Assembly (NCBI GenBank): GCA_028534125.1
Contig: CM052816.1
Span: 41,294,001 to 41,358,000 of the forward strand
DNA: 64,000 bases
DNA from: Lama glama
Taxonomy: Eukaryota
Direction of reading: 5' to 3'
The notes under the pieces were generated by a model. That model had not been told where the DNA came from. It worked only from the letters and a program-made list of their open reading frames with translations, and did not search any database. Numbering within the stretch: position 1 is the first letter of the stretch; each line of letters starts with the position of its first letter. Both the position numbers and the translations under genes were made by a program. Of the stretch, positions 40,256-53,790 are shown one piece after another.

Positions 40256-43200
40256 CAGAATAATGCTCGACCATCTAATATAATAAGAACCAGCAATATT
40301 AACATGAGAATTTAAAACTCAGACTTAATTTTAGAATTTATTTCTGTTTCTAACATAACCAGATGGTCACATTGGCTTAACATCAACACCATCACTTCCC
40401 AGAATGCCAAAGTCTAACCCCTATATGGGGATATAGGAATCAAGCCATTTCTTTGTCAGTTAAGTGGCCTTGAGGAAGAAAGTGCCTGTTAGTTTTTCCT
40501 CCATCTCCTTTCCCTTCAATTCTTCTCTATAAGTTAGCCTGAGCACATTAGCACCTCTCTATAGAAAGGAAGCAGCCACCACAGAAGATATTTGATGTGC
40601 AAAATTGAAAACTAATGATGTGAGAAAGATTAAGGGATTGTGAGCAACTCATCACCGAGGAACTGAACAGGAGTAACTGAGTGCAAAATGGCTTTGGATA
40701 CTTGAAAACAAGTGGCTGGACTTCTTGGGTGCTGTGAGTTACATTTTCAAGCCTCTAAATGTCTTAAAACTAATTTCAGAATTTGCATTACATTCTGTTC
40801 TGGATGTGTCTTATAACATTTGCACGTGTAAGGAAGGGACTCTAAGTAGCTCCTGTCATACCCAGGCCAATGTTTAGTCCCTTTCTGATGCCAGACCCTT
40901 AGGGACACTGGTCAGCTCCCCTGGCTTTTTTTCCCTCACAAACAGTAATCATCACACTGGATTAAAAGCCTCACTAATTAAGAAATATTAAAGAAAGAGC
41001 AACTATGACTCTTGAGCAGTGAGTGTCAGATTGATCTATCAATGGGTAGTCTGACTTACAGTATTTGATTTTAGCTGGTAAGTAGGGGATAACATTTCTA
41101 ATTCACATTTTAAGACATTTGTTGTTGCTCAGAAAGTGGAAAATGGGAACGATAAAATCCATCCCCTCAACTTTACCAAGTCACAGAAAAATACCAAACC
41201 AGACTAGGATAATAGCCACAGACTTGAGGCATAATCTACCAATGCAAGTCATAAAGTATATAGGTTCATTTCCTATATAAAGAGAATTTACAAATATATG
41301 AGTATATTTGCAAAATAATACATAAGAGCTTCTGAACCCAATGAAATCTTATTTTAATGGTTCTATAGTACAGTTGAATGTACTCTAAGATTCAATTTGC
41401 GTATAAACCAGGCATATTTATGAGTTTCTGCATAACTCTTTGCAATATGTTATATAATAATTTAACTTCATTATATTTTTCATGTGGTCAACAAATATTT
41501 TAGAGATAGTTATTGCTATTCAGAGGTCTAAATAGTGTTCATAGGAACACCGGGTATAATGAAATTCCTCAAATAAATAGTAGCACATAAAGAGTTTTAT
41601 GAGAAAAAAGGCTTAAAGATTAATAAAATATGTACACCTGAATAGCATTTTTAATGCACTGGAAAGATGCTGTGCTATGTACATGCAACATTTGAATTAA
41701 TAAAACACTACATATACTCCAGACATCTTTATGTAGGACCAAAGCATTTGAAAACCAGCCCTGAAGACCTCTATGGGTAAGTATATATATGTCCATTAAA
41801 TCATTGTGTACATGAATATTAGTTATTCAGATCATTCCATGTAACACTGAGAATATCTGAGCGCCTGATTTTTAGAAAGAAAATGGACTATCACACAAAC
41901 AAATGGACTGAATATGACAACAGCATTTCTTTTGGTTATTCTTTTCCATTCAGCTCACCCTTGCCGGTGAAGGTGCGTAAGGAAGCAAGAAAAACAAGTC
42001 CTTCTCCAAAGATGTTTACTTGCTCTAAAAGCTGCCATGAATTTAATTAAATTCTACTTACTCCTTCTTTGCAGAAGTTTATTCCTCTCCTCCCTGGAGG
42101 TGGGGGTGGGGGGGTTTTCATTTTTTTTTTTGGAGTCTGAAAAGACTGCTTAGTTTTCACAGATATTTTGAGTCTCCTAGATCAATCCTTGAAAAAGACC
42201 AAAAATGTCTTCCATATACCCAGTTTTAGCTTTTCTCTGTTTGACTTCTAAAGTGTCGTAATTCTCAAGGCAGCCAGGGGCCACAAAAAAGGATAGCGAG
42301 CACAGAACAGAGAAGAAAGGAAAACGTAAGCAAACAACCTCAAGAAGAATTAAAAAGAGGGAGTATTTGCTTAGAAGTATCTTTCTCTTTTCTTTTACTT
42401 TGAGATTATTTATCATAATTTTATTCCTTAAAATCTTATCTTCCTCTTTATCTAATTTCCATTGAATTGCTTCTTGGCCATGTGATAATATATACTCAGT
42501 CTGCCTGCCATTCACAGGTACCTGTCAGGTCATTTAGGTTGCCTGCCCTCCCTGACACACGCCCTCCACACACACAAGCACACCTTCAAGCATGACATAG
42601 ATTGGGAACCTGAGGCCTAAAGCGACTGAGCTTTGGCCATTGTCTTGAAGTTTGATTTTCTTCTTCTGATTAAATGCTGGTTTTTGATATTTTGCACATA
42701 TTGTCAACTAAGCCTAGCACACCACCAGAAAACTAGCAAGTGCTATCCAAAAAGATGGCCAAGTTCCTCTGGTGGCCACCAAATTGACAGTTTCTCTTTA
42801 AGAGAATTTACAGTGAGTGATAGCTCTATGCAAAGACACAAAAAGAAATAGGGTTGAGGAGGATGGCAACCCAAAGAACTTTATCTAATTATTTCAGATA
42901 GCAAGAAACTCCCGTTAGTTATTTCTAGTTCTGATTGTTTTATTTCCTCTTTAAAATTCTCTTTAATGAAAAAAAAAGTAGAATATTCCAAATTTTTACC
43001 CCAAAAAGATCATATATAAATTCTTTTGTTTTATTTTTCTCCCAGAAGTAGAACAGTTCAAACTGAGAAAAAAAACAAAGCTGAAAAGATCAAAAATGAG
43101 ACCCACACATAATTATAGTGTTTCCCTCACCATTCTTTACCTTTAACGATTTAAAAACACGATGACTTGCATTTTCATTCCTAGTTCTTTTGTATCTGTA

Positions 43201-43620
43201 AAATGTTTTCCAGCATACCATACACTGTTGCAGATGTTAACTGTATTTTAATTTAAATATACTCTTTTCCATTAATAATTTAAGCCTGTAGGCCATTCAT
43301 TGTGATTAGTTATCGGAAGCAAGCAAATGAGTCCCTGAAATCAGTTAGTTATAGTACCAGAGAGAGGTTCAATAGAATTGATAAACTATGGGACTGAGGA
43401 CCTCTGCTGGCAGTTTTGTGGCATTACTTTCTTGAACAAGAGGGGAGTAACCCTGACAAGAGGGAAGATGAAGTTACTTGAAATCCTTTAATTGCCTTCC
43501 TAAAACTTTATTCATTGGTCCTGCCACATTTTGAGCAATGTGAGTCTTTCATTTCCACAGAAGTTGCTTTACTTTGTGGAAAAAATACATGAAAAGTAAG
43601 ACTATTGTATGAAAATACTC

Positions 43621-43660
43621 ATTTTAATTTGCTTAAACATGAGTTTAAGCAAATTAAAAT
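43621..43660. repeat. Perfect 18-bp inverted repeat with 4-nt spacer
   Basis: attttaatttgcttaaac-atga-gtttaagcaaattaaaat. Confidence 0.95.
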
Positions 43661-44329
43661 TTGTTCATGAATAATGCTTTAATTTTTCTTTAATGTGGTA
43701 GCTGCATATAGATATATGCATATGAAGACCTAGACATATGGGTAAATACATCCTTATTATATAGAACATGGAATTTAGTATCAAAATCTAATAAAATGTT
43801 AATAACTTAAATTACAAAGGTAGTTCTCATTTTTCTAGAAACTAAACTTGTTTCATATGCAGTATATACCTATAGAGAGAACTGGAAACCAAGTTTTCAT
43901 CTTAATGTCCAGAGCAATATTTTAAAGACTAAAAATGCAATTGTACTAGTTACCTCACTCCACATCACTTTCCTGGGCAATCCTTCTATTATTCATAAAT
44001 TCATAGATCACTACGACTGAAGGAGACCTTAGAAGCCATGTAGACCAACCCTTTCTTTTTACAAAGAAAAAATCTGAGACCTATACAGGTCAACAACAGC
44101 CTCTGCCTATTCTTGACAAATCTGAGCAAAATGAACAAATAACTACCAAAGATATCTCACCTTCTAGGGAGATACCTCCTTCAGCAAGAGAAGGAAAAGG
44201 GGCGGCAGAGTTACAGCCCTGGGCCACGGTAACCCAGTCCCACTGTGGAAGCAGAAAGACTTAATCCAAGCCTGATTTCAGGCATTCAAGCTGTTGGGAG
44301 GATGATTGGATCCAGGGCCAGGAGTGAAA

Positions 44330-44565
44330 ATAATCATCCTGACAGACACTGCTGAGAACTGCCTGTGTGCCAGGCAGGCAGAACTCCAAGCACCCTACAT
44401 GGGAGAATTCGTGTATTCATCACAGTAATCCTGTATAATGAATAAAATTGCTAGCATCATCGAGGCAACTGAGACACAGAGATTAAGTCCCTTCCCCAAG
44501 GTCAGCCAGTCAAGGTCAGATCCACGAAGCGCAGATCCAGAGCTCACACTCTTAACCCTACATTA
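44330..44565 (-). mobile_element. MIR SINE
   Basis: gaactgcctgtgtgccaggca..gaggcaactgagacacagagattaagtcccttccccaaggtca..cacactcttaacc. Confidence 0.7.
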
Positions 44566-44729
44566 TGAGAAAACATAACAATCCCCTAAACGGGTCCCAA
44601 AGGGTCCACTCTAGAATTTTATAGGTGCTCTGTCTGACCTTGAATCAGAAAATGATCTCCTGCAGCCCAGTTTCATTAGATCTAGAGTTCTGGAAATTTA
44701 AGAGCTGAAAAGGGTCTTGTTGAGCATGT

Positions 44730-44925
44730 AGTCTGGTGATTCCTTAATCATTTTTGGTTTGTAGACTTATCTGAAAAACTGCTAAAAGGAATAAAACTTG
44801 TCCTCTGAAAAATACATATACACATATGACAGCACAGCTGCAGACACACAATAAACTGTCAGGTTGTTTATGGACTCTTTGAATCCCCATTTATAGATCT
44901 TAGGGGCCCAGAGGACTCTAATTCC
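44730..44925. mobile_element. hAT-Charlie MITE (MER103-like)
   Basis: tccttaatcatttttggtttgtagac..ctgaaaaactgctaaaagg..gaaaaatacatatacac..ggactctttgaatcccc. Confidence 0.5.
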
Positions 44926-46552
44926 GACTTAGTCCAACTTTCACAATTCACATTTTATATGAAGTTATGGGTCACATATCTCTGTACCCACGGAAAATAT
45001 ACTGGTCTTATAAATGTCAGTGCTGTCCAACTGTTTTTTCATGATGACACATCAAGAAAATAATAAACTGTATGACACAGAGGAATTAAAGAAAGAAGTA
45101 GAAACACAGGCTGAAGGTCTGGAGAAGAATGAAGCAAAGTGGAGGTGCCTCTGATTTGATCCCCACATGTTTCCTGAAGACCAGCTGAAGACTCTATTGA
45201 TTAAAATGAATACACAATAAACTACAGGATAAAAGTGGGTCTGAAGAATGTCAACTGGTCATGAAGGTTATCACGTCAAAAAAGCAAGCATCAAATATGA
45301 AAAACTGTCACACTTTCTGACCCTTTATCAACTAGACCAAATGGTTCTTACTGAACTGGATTGGCAGGTATTTACTAATCAAAGAAACCCATCCCAATAT
45401 CAGCTTACCAGGTAATAACAACCCTGGATATCAGTTGATCAATATGATATGAGAGAAGTAAATGCCTAATCGAGCTTCCTGGTCACATATAAGAGCCTTA
45501 AAAATAGTGCTTCTTGAGATGCTTCAATCTGAAGTTACCTCTCACTAGTCATTCTGAATAGGCAGTGGTAAAAATGTGTTGGAAGGACATTGCATGCATA
45601 TGTATGTGTGTTTATGCATGTGTGTATGTGCATGTTTGCATGTCATTCTATGATTAATAGTGAAAATCTCAGCCTATTTGTACATTGGTCTAAGCCTTTC
45701 TAAAGCCATACATTTGTAGCTATGCCTTTCCCATTTTGTTTGGAGAGGGGATGCAGTCATAATCTTTCCCTGCTTACAAACAAAACAAAACAAAAAACTG
45801 AGGCTTGGAGAGAAGTTGTGAAACATATAGAGGAATCAAGACTGAAACTAGGATCTCCCAGCTCTAAATCTAATTCTCTCTCTACTACACCGTACCAGAG
45901 AGTCACAGTCAGAGAAAAGCTATGAGGGGAAAAAGTGCTTACAATACCAAAGTAAGGAATAATATCTCTTAAATGGGTATTTAACATTAGAGACAGCCCT
46001 TTCACATACATCATATATCATCTCCTTTAATGAAAAGTGAGTGGAAATAGGGTAGAGGGGCACTGATGGGTAAAAAGGACATAGGAAGTCTTTCTTCTTC
46101 CTTCTCTCCTGCTTTGGTACCCTTTTGTGGTGTTTAGCTATGGTAACAAGTGCCTACCCAAACTCTTCAGGAGAGCTTCAGGCCCTGGTGAGGAGTTGAA
46201 CAAGTAGGAACAAAATCCAGTGTCCGCTACTCTACAGCTCTGCCAGTGGTACTCCAAGGCTCCAAGAAAGTGTTTCATGACCTAATATAGAACAAATTTA
46301 TTCTTTACTTCATCAATTCTTTCAATAGCACCCATGTATATGTTGGGCTTCTCTATCCTGAGAAATCTAATTGTATCTTACAAAAGACTAAAGAAACTTA
46401 ATAACAGAGCTCAGTTCCAGTAAGGATTATTTCTTCCTTCCTGTAGAGATATGATAGAGGACTCTGTTAGATGGTTCCCAAAACACTGAGACAAAATGAT
46501 CTACTCAGAATGAAATTTAGAAGAATGAACACCTTAAGGATGAAATTCACTA

Positions 46553-46705
46553 TCATATTTTTAGGATTCTAAGACATTCTTTAACATTAGTGAAACCAGG
46601 ATGCATCGTACTATTGGCATTATTGTCCTTTTTTTAATAGGTTGTTCCTAAGCAAATGGTGTAGCTTTATAACCCATGACAAAGAAAATGTCAAGAAAAA
46701 AATGG
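46553..46705. mobile_element. Tc2-type MITE (MER104/Kanga-like)
   Basis: ta|tcatatttttaggattctaagac..tgaaaccaggatgcatcgtac..aaaatgg|ta. Confidence 0.55.
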
Positions 46706-47039
46706 TATCTACAGATGAACTTACACAAATGAATGTTTAAGAAATGTGTGTCCAAAGAGACTTCGGAAAAAATAAAACTCTTCAAAAGTGTCAGGTGTTG
46801 TGACTAAGTAAAGCTATAATCTAATAACTTGCACTGTCCTCTTTTTGAAGAAAAATCTGTTAACAGAGAAAGGTGTCCATCAGAAACTTGAAAGTGGAGA
46901 GTCAAAGAGGACAACGGATGTGTAAATTCACCTCCAGCCTGCTCCAGAGGATAAGTCTCTTATCACCAGACAGGGGCACCCATGTGTGAGGAGAGCAGCA
47001 GACTAATGGACTCAGAAAGGCCTCCTGTTCTGATCCCAA

Positions 47040-47500
47040 ACTCTATTAGTCAGAAATATTTCAGCTGTAAGTGAAAGAAACCCACTCAAGCATATTCAAG
47101 TAGAAAAGGGAACTTGGTTGGGAGACTTATGAATGGAGCTGGTCTCAGGCAGTTCAGGAATTCAGCCGCTGTCATCTGTTCATCCTTGTTTATTCCGTTC
47201 TTGACCCCCCCCCCAACATCCAATCTCCCAGCTCTAATTTTCTCTGGACATCTACTTCATCACCCCTCTCTGAGGCAGAGGACAGAAGGACATATTTCAC
47301 ATAACCCAAGAGGGAAAGGAAAATTCTTTTCTCTCAGAGACTGTATTTCCCAAGCTTGAGTTATTCTGGGCTCACTCTTGAGTCAAACACTGTAGCAGAG
47401 GGGATGGGGAGTATAATGGGCCCACTCTAGGTCCCATGTCCACCTATATGGCCAGGCTAGAGAGACATTGCTTTTGGCAGTTCCTCGGAGCAACAGGGAA
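47040..47500 (-). mobile_element. Old MaLR LTR (MLT1)
   Basis: tattagtcagaaatatttcagctgtaagtgaaagaaacccactcaa..ggtctcaggcagttcaggaattcag. Confidence 0.55.
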
Positions 47501-48999
47501 TGAGGAAGGGCAATTCCCAAAGGAAAACATGACAAAGAAAACAACAAATACCCAACACACACATTCACTACACAAGCTGTTACATAAAGTCTGTTTTCCA
47601 CATAGACTTGTCCATCAGGGTACCAACGTGACCCCCACCAAGGGGAGTACTTCCATACACTTGCAATTATTATTCTCAATACCTGGCTGACATTTCAGAC
47701 GCTTCAGTGTTTGATCAACTTGAGGCAGTTCCCTGAGCACAATCAATCAACAACGGAACAGGCTACCAATCTTAAAGATGACTCTGAATCAGTTAGAAAA
47801 ATGCTCTCCTCCCTCAAGACAGTTTATCACCATCTACCAAAAAGTGGTCAAGAGGACATGCATCGTGTCCACTGATGTAAATGCTGCTCCATGGAGCTGT
47901 GTGATGCAAAATGCGCACAACCAAGAACTGCAGCCCAGACCAGAACTCTTACCCCAGCACCATTTCCCTGTAAGCAGCTGGGCACTCCCTGATCTAACAT
48001 CCGTGCTCGTCCAGTTCGGCAGGCTCATCAGCATCGTCTACATTTAATAAGTACCTGCTTTGTGAATGTGGCTGAACAAGGACAGAAAAATCTTTGCTCT
48101 AAGTCAGATTTTCTCCATCTAAGTTAAAAATAAAACAAGAAAAGGGGGTTCTGAAAAATTTTTTTGAGGGGAAAGGGCAACACTTTGAACATTGAAAAAG
48201 GCTAAATGATAAGACCCACCAACCTTAAAATATTTTTACCACCATCTCAAATTTTGTCTAGTCAGTTCCGTTGTATTCTCTCGAAGAAAACTTTATAAGG
48301 CAGATGTTATTTAATTAGGAACACTGTACACGGATTCTCCTGATGAAATAATCATGTTAGTGTGAGCTAGTACTGGAATTCTCATATCCCACTGAATTTT
48401 GCAGGTTCTGGAAAAGTGTCTTGGAGGCTTCCTAGAGGGTGTCTGGGCAAGTCTTCCCCCACACGCCTTCTTTCACAGAGTTACCTCGTGATTTTGTCAC
48501 TTTTAAGCATTGACATTTTTGTTTGAATAAAGGGTTCTATTGTTGTTAAAAGCTTGAAATCTAATGCATTTGTTGACATCGTAAGTTCTCTCTTGGCATG
48601 TACATGCTGGGTAAATGTTACACCCCTAGGACAAGTGGAAGGAAACACAGGGCTGGGCCACTGAAAAAAATGAAACCCAGGGAAAATGTGAAGTTTATCA
48701 GTTTCGTCAGTAGAGGGAGTGCGAGGCAAGCATGGAACTCAGATTCTGAGTGCTCGTCGGAAACAAAAAAATGAAGAGACAATTCCAGTGATAAGCTGGT
48801 GAAGGAGGTTCCTTTTCCATCTGCAAGGCTCAGTTTTCGTTATATGCTGGGCTGGCCCTGCAAAAACAAGTGTGGAGCACTCCTAGAAGCAGCTATGTTC
48901 CACATAAATCTTAGAGATGATCAAGAACAATGTTTGTCAGAGATCTTATGAAGCTAGGAAGTACACAACTGTGCCAGCAAAAAGTATACAAAAATATGT

Positions 49000-49116
49000 A
49001 AACCGGAGCACAGAGGATTTCTAGGACAGTGAGATTCTGTATGATACTACAACGGGGGAATACATTTCATCATATATTTGTCAAAACTCATAGGATGTAT
49101 AACACCAAACATGAAC
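49000..49116 (+). mobile_element. L1MC fragment
   Basis: ggagcacagaggatttctaggacagtgagattctgtatgatactac..tttgtcaaaactcatag. Confidence 0.7.
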
Positions 49117-49765
49117 ACACAACAGCACTTCTGCCAGTAAAAGCTACCTTCCATATCTGCCATGGCCAAAAAAACTAACACAAATCAGTGCCAGACAAGT
49201 AGCATTATTAAATATACCAGCCCTCTCTGCATATCTTTCAACTCTAGAGGAGGAGCAACAGGCAGCCGCTAGAGTGGGTGGGCAGGGAGGAGAAGCACTC
49301 TCTGGAGACATGAAGAAGTTAACCAGGCCCCTCTTCACACAGCTGGTGGCCCAATCTCAGGAAGGGGAGAATCTTTAACTTCAATAAGTTCAAAAGTTCT
49401 ATTTCATGAAAATAAATATTTGAGTGACCAGAGATTGTCTGAGGAACTAGAAGGACCTAAAAGTAATCTGAAAAGTCATAAACTAGCCTTCAGTTAATCC
49501 ACAGGGCAAGAGGAGAATTGGCCCCATAGAAAAGGCTTTAAAGAATAATGGGAGGTGAAAATTATGATGTTTCATGATTGTACACTCTCTCTGTGTCCCA
49601 CTGTTTCAATATAATGATTCTACACTGAACCAAAATAAAATTGCATCTATAAACTACAAAGCATCAAGTAAATAACAGTTATAGTCTGTCAAACAGCAAC
49701 TGAATGCCCACAATATGAAAAAGGGAAGTTCTTGTTATGGATTTTGAATTAAAGAGGCATTGTTA

Positions 49766-50659
49766 TCACTAATTATCAGAGAAATGCAAATCAAAACTAC
49801 AATGAGGTACAGCCTCACACCAGTAAGAATGGTCATCATTAAAAAGTCCACAAATGATAAATGCTAGAAAGGTGTGGAGAAAAGGGAACCCTCCTACACT
49901 GCTGATGGGAATGTAGTTTGGTGCAGCCATTATGGAAAACAGTATGGAAATTCCTCAAAAAACTAAAAATAGACCTACCACATGATCCAGCAATCCCACT
50001 CCTGAGCATATATCCAGAGAGAACTTTAATTTGAAAAGATATATGCACTCCAGTGTTCATAGTAGCTCTATTTACAGTAGTCAGTACATGGAAGCAACCT
50101 AACTGCCCATCAACAGACGGCTGAATAAATAAGTTGTGGTATATTTATATATAATGGAATACTACTCAGCCATAAAAATAAAATAAAATAATGCCATTTG
50201 CTGCAACATGGATGGACCTGGAGATCGTTATTCTAAGTGAAGTAAGCCAGAAAGAGAAAGAAAATTACCATACGATACCACTTTTATGTGGCATCTTAAA
50301 AAAAAAAAAGACACAAATGAACATATTAACAAAACAGAAACAGACTCACAGACATAGAAAACAAACTTATGGTTACCAGGGAGGGAAGGGGGTGAGAAGG
50401 GATAAATTGGGAGTTCGAGATTTACAGATAGTAACTACTATATATAAAATAGATACACAACAAGTTTCTTCTGTATAGCACAGGGAACTATATTCAATAT
50501 CTTGTAGTAACCTATAATGAAAAAGGGTATGAAAAGGAATGTATGTATGTATATGGATGACTGAAACATTACGCTCTATACCAGAAACTGATGCAACATT
50601 ATAAACTGACTATACTTTAATTAAAAAAAATTTTTAAAAAGGAGCGAGTCAAAAACAAA
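49766..50659 (+). mobile_element. Camelid L1, 5'-truncated (ORF2 C-terminus plus 3' UTR)
   Basis: ORF2 end (MPFAATWMDLEIVILSEVSQKEK); TSD aaagaggcattgtta (49751-49765) / aaagaggtattgtta (50660-50674). Confidence 0.93.
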
Positions 50660-51399
50660 AAAGAGGTATTGTTAAGTAACAGACTTCAGCTTTATAATAT
50701 GAATGTCAATCAGTCTAAAAGCATTGATTAAACTCCATCTATGTATCCATTTCTCTTTCTCTCTCCTTCAAAGGAGTATAAATTCTGATTAAAGAAGGAT
50801 TAAAATACTGATAAGGTCTGGTTCCAACTAAAAGTTCAGTATGAGTTTTGAAGTTAAAAAAAAGAATATTAGAAGAGGTTAATAAAACTTGCTTTATAAA
50901 AAGTTGAACTTTTAAAAATATATTTTATTATTCAAGTAAACTTAGTTTTGTTTGAATTTGACATGTGCTTATTCCTAAAAATAAATAGAATATTTGATAA
51001 GTAAAAAATTTTGAAAAAGATTAGCAGAGGAAATACCATATCCTATCTATTCAAATCAGCAGGTGGCCCAAATCTATTTACATTTCACAAATATTTCAAT
51101 TATAGAAACAAAAAACCAGTAACATAAAAACAAACAAAAAATCAACTGCTAACAGTATATGAAGCTTTTAACTTCCTTAATGTAAATATATTTTCATATA
51201 TTTTTATATGTCTAAGCATCTTTAACAACCATGCACTTTATATTCACCTCTGGGTTCCCTAACATGATAAGAAATGGACTTTTTAAATAATGTACTTAAA
51301 TGCATTATTATAAAAATCACTTTAATAAAACAAATGTATTCAATGCAATAATTAAATTACTAAATTAATGAATCATTATTAAATTATCAACTGCAATAA

Positions 51400-51890
51400 A
51401 CTTCAGTGTTTCTGTGGATATTCCCACCACATATACAAAATCTGAATCTAATCATCAGGAAACAAGACATACCCCAACTGAGAAGCATTCTACCAAATAA
51501 CTGGCCTGTAAATGTCATGAAAGTCAAGGATGACTGAGATTCAAGACTGAAAGAGAGTAAAGAGAAACGACAGCTAAATCCAACACGTGATCCTTCACTG
51601 GATCTTTTTGCTGTAAAGCATATTATTGGGACAATTGCCCAAACATGAATGGGATAAGCAACTAGTTGGGAAAAAATGTAGCAATGTCAATTTCCTGATT
51701 TTGGTGATTATGTGGTGTTTAGGTTGGGATATGTCCCTGCTTTTGGATTTACACATTAAGTATTGGCGTGTAACAGGCATCATGTCAGTAATTTATTTTC
51801 AAAAAGTTCAGAACAAAAAACTTCACTTACTACACTTGCAAATTTTACACAAATTTAAAATTACTTCAAAAGGAAAAAAATTTAATACTA
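51400..51890 (+). mobile_element. L1MC4-like 3' region
   Basis: ctgaatctaatcatcaggaaaca..accaaataactggcctgta..aatgtcaatttcctgattttggtgattat. Confidence 0.7.
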
Positions 51891-52164
51891 TGATTAAATT
51901 TTTTTTAAAAACTAAGCCTAGAAACTACAGTTGGATGTGTGTAGCCCTGGTGCCAGAGTCAGCACCATGGACAGACAAGAGAGATCATGTTGTCTTGACT
52001 ATGCCTGGGCTAATAACGAAACAAATCCTAAAAATGATGTACACAATTTAAAAGACCACTTTATGGAATTTCAAGGGGCACAAACCACAACTGTGTCTTC
52101 CTTCAGACATCTGTTACTGACTGACATTGCATTTCTGACCTCCTCCCATAGGGAACATAACCTA

Positions 52165-52733
52165 TGTGGTAGACATCAATAGCTGTCCACACAGTATCTA
52201 TTCCTCTCTCTTTTCTAACACAATCCCACTCTTGTTCAGGCAATGACTCCGTCCCCTGCTATCGATGGTTTTAAAAGGAAGTTGATGGTCCCTGGCACCA
52301 GAATTGGGCCTCATTTATCTAAGAGTAATCCCATTCCCCATATTAGAGATTGGTTCAGCTAATCCAATTAGTTTATGGTGGTCTTCTAGCCTCAAAAATT
52401 GGCTCAGGAATTCGCTTGTAACTCAATATGGGCCAGTAAGTCATGAAGCAGAAGCAAAGGACTCCCTCTCATCTTGCATATGCTCCATTATATGGAGTCT
52501 AGGACCTCTAGGCTTAAAAGACATTTTTGCCACCATCAGGCAAATCAGCCTAAACAAAAGCCCAACATACTAAAACAGACAAAGCCAAGGAAGCTACAAA
52601 GCACAGGAGCTGTATTCACAGAGTTAAGTCAGCCCTGAAACCCACCCAGCCTTTGTTACTTTGTGAGCCAATTTAAATGAGTGGGATTGAACTCAGTTTT
52701 CTGTTACTTGCTTCCAAAAGTATGATAATTTAC
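52165..52733 (+). mobile_element. MaLR LTR (MLT1J/K-like)
   Basis: tgtggtagac start; ends cagttttctgttacttgc...aca. Confidence 0.65.
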
Positions 52734-52929
52734 ATGATCTGCAATTTCAGGTTTGAAAAGTGACACACAAAGACCAGTCTTTCTAGGTAATTTCTCCCGA
52801 AATCTAATCTGAGCATAGGAAGGAGGAGAGAAACGAAGCCAAGGAAAGGAAGGCACTTAGTCTATTAGTTGAAAAGAAGTCTGAAGTTAGATAGGCATAT
52901 ACATTTAGAAGAGGAATACGTATTTCATT

Positions 52930-53150
52930 TATTTAACAAACATGCATATGGTACTGTGTGTTTGACACCATTTAGGTGTTTCATAATGTTAGCTCATTGG
53001 ATTCTTATAACAAATTTATGAGGAATTGTTATTACTCTCACTTCCATTTTCCCGCATGGGCTCAGTTGAAGAAACTGAGGCACATAAAATTTAAGCAACT
53101 GGCCTAAGGTCAGGCACCTAGCATGTAGCAGAGCCAAGATTCAAATCACT
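52930..53150 (-). mobile_element. MIR SINE
   Basis: gaagaaactgaggcacataaaatttaagcaactggcctaaggtca..gcagagccaagattcaaa. Confidence 0.7.
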
Positions 53151-53496
53151 GTGCACATTAATACCAAACACAGAAAAGACCATCTGATGAGGACACTTCA
53201 GTTTCACGTGTATATTATAGACTATGGCATGTGGTTAATCACTTGCAAACCTAAGATATGCATCAGAGAAACTAGATATTTCTCAGATACCAGAAAAAAA
53301 TAAGCAGAACCATTAGTCATTTATCTAAGAAAAAAAAGATAATTACCATATGTCTATGTTTATCTAAAACCAACACATGAGCAGATAGCAGCACGGACTC
53401 AGTAATTATGAAGCATACTGTAATGCAGTAGGAAAGCCTACTAAAAAGAGAAACAGAAAAAGGAAAATTCCTCTTGTTAAAAATAGAGAGTGTTTT

Positions 53497-53790
53497 AAAC
53501 AGACTCACAGACAGAGAAAACAAACTTATGGTCACCAGTGGGGGACAGGAGTAGAAAGGGATAAATTGGGAGATCGAGATTTGCAGATATTACTACTACT
53601 ATATATAAAATAGATAAACAGCAAGTTTATACTATATAGCACAGGGAACTATATTCAATATCTTGTAGTAATCTATAATGAAAAAGAATATGAAAATGAA
53701 TACATATATGCACACGTATGACAACTATTATGCTATACACCAGAAACTGACACACGTTGTAAACTGACTATACTTCAATTTTTAAAAAAG
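53497..53790 (+). mobile_element. Camelid L1 3' end
   Basis: aaacagactcacagac..gggataaattgggag..gcacagggaactatattcaa; degenerate TSD aaaatagagagtgttt / aaaataaagggtgctt. Confidence 0.88.
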
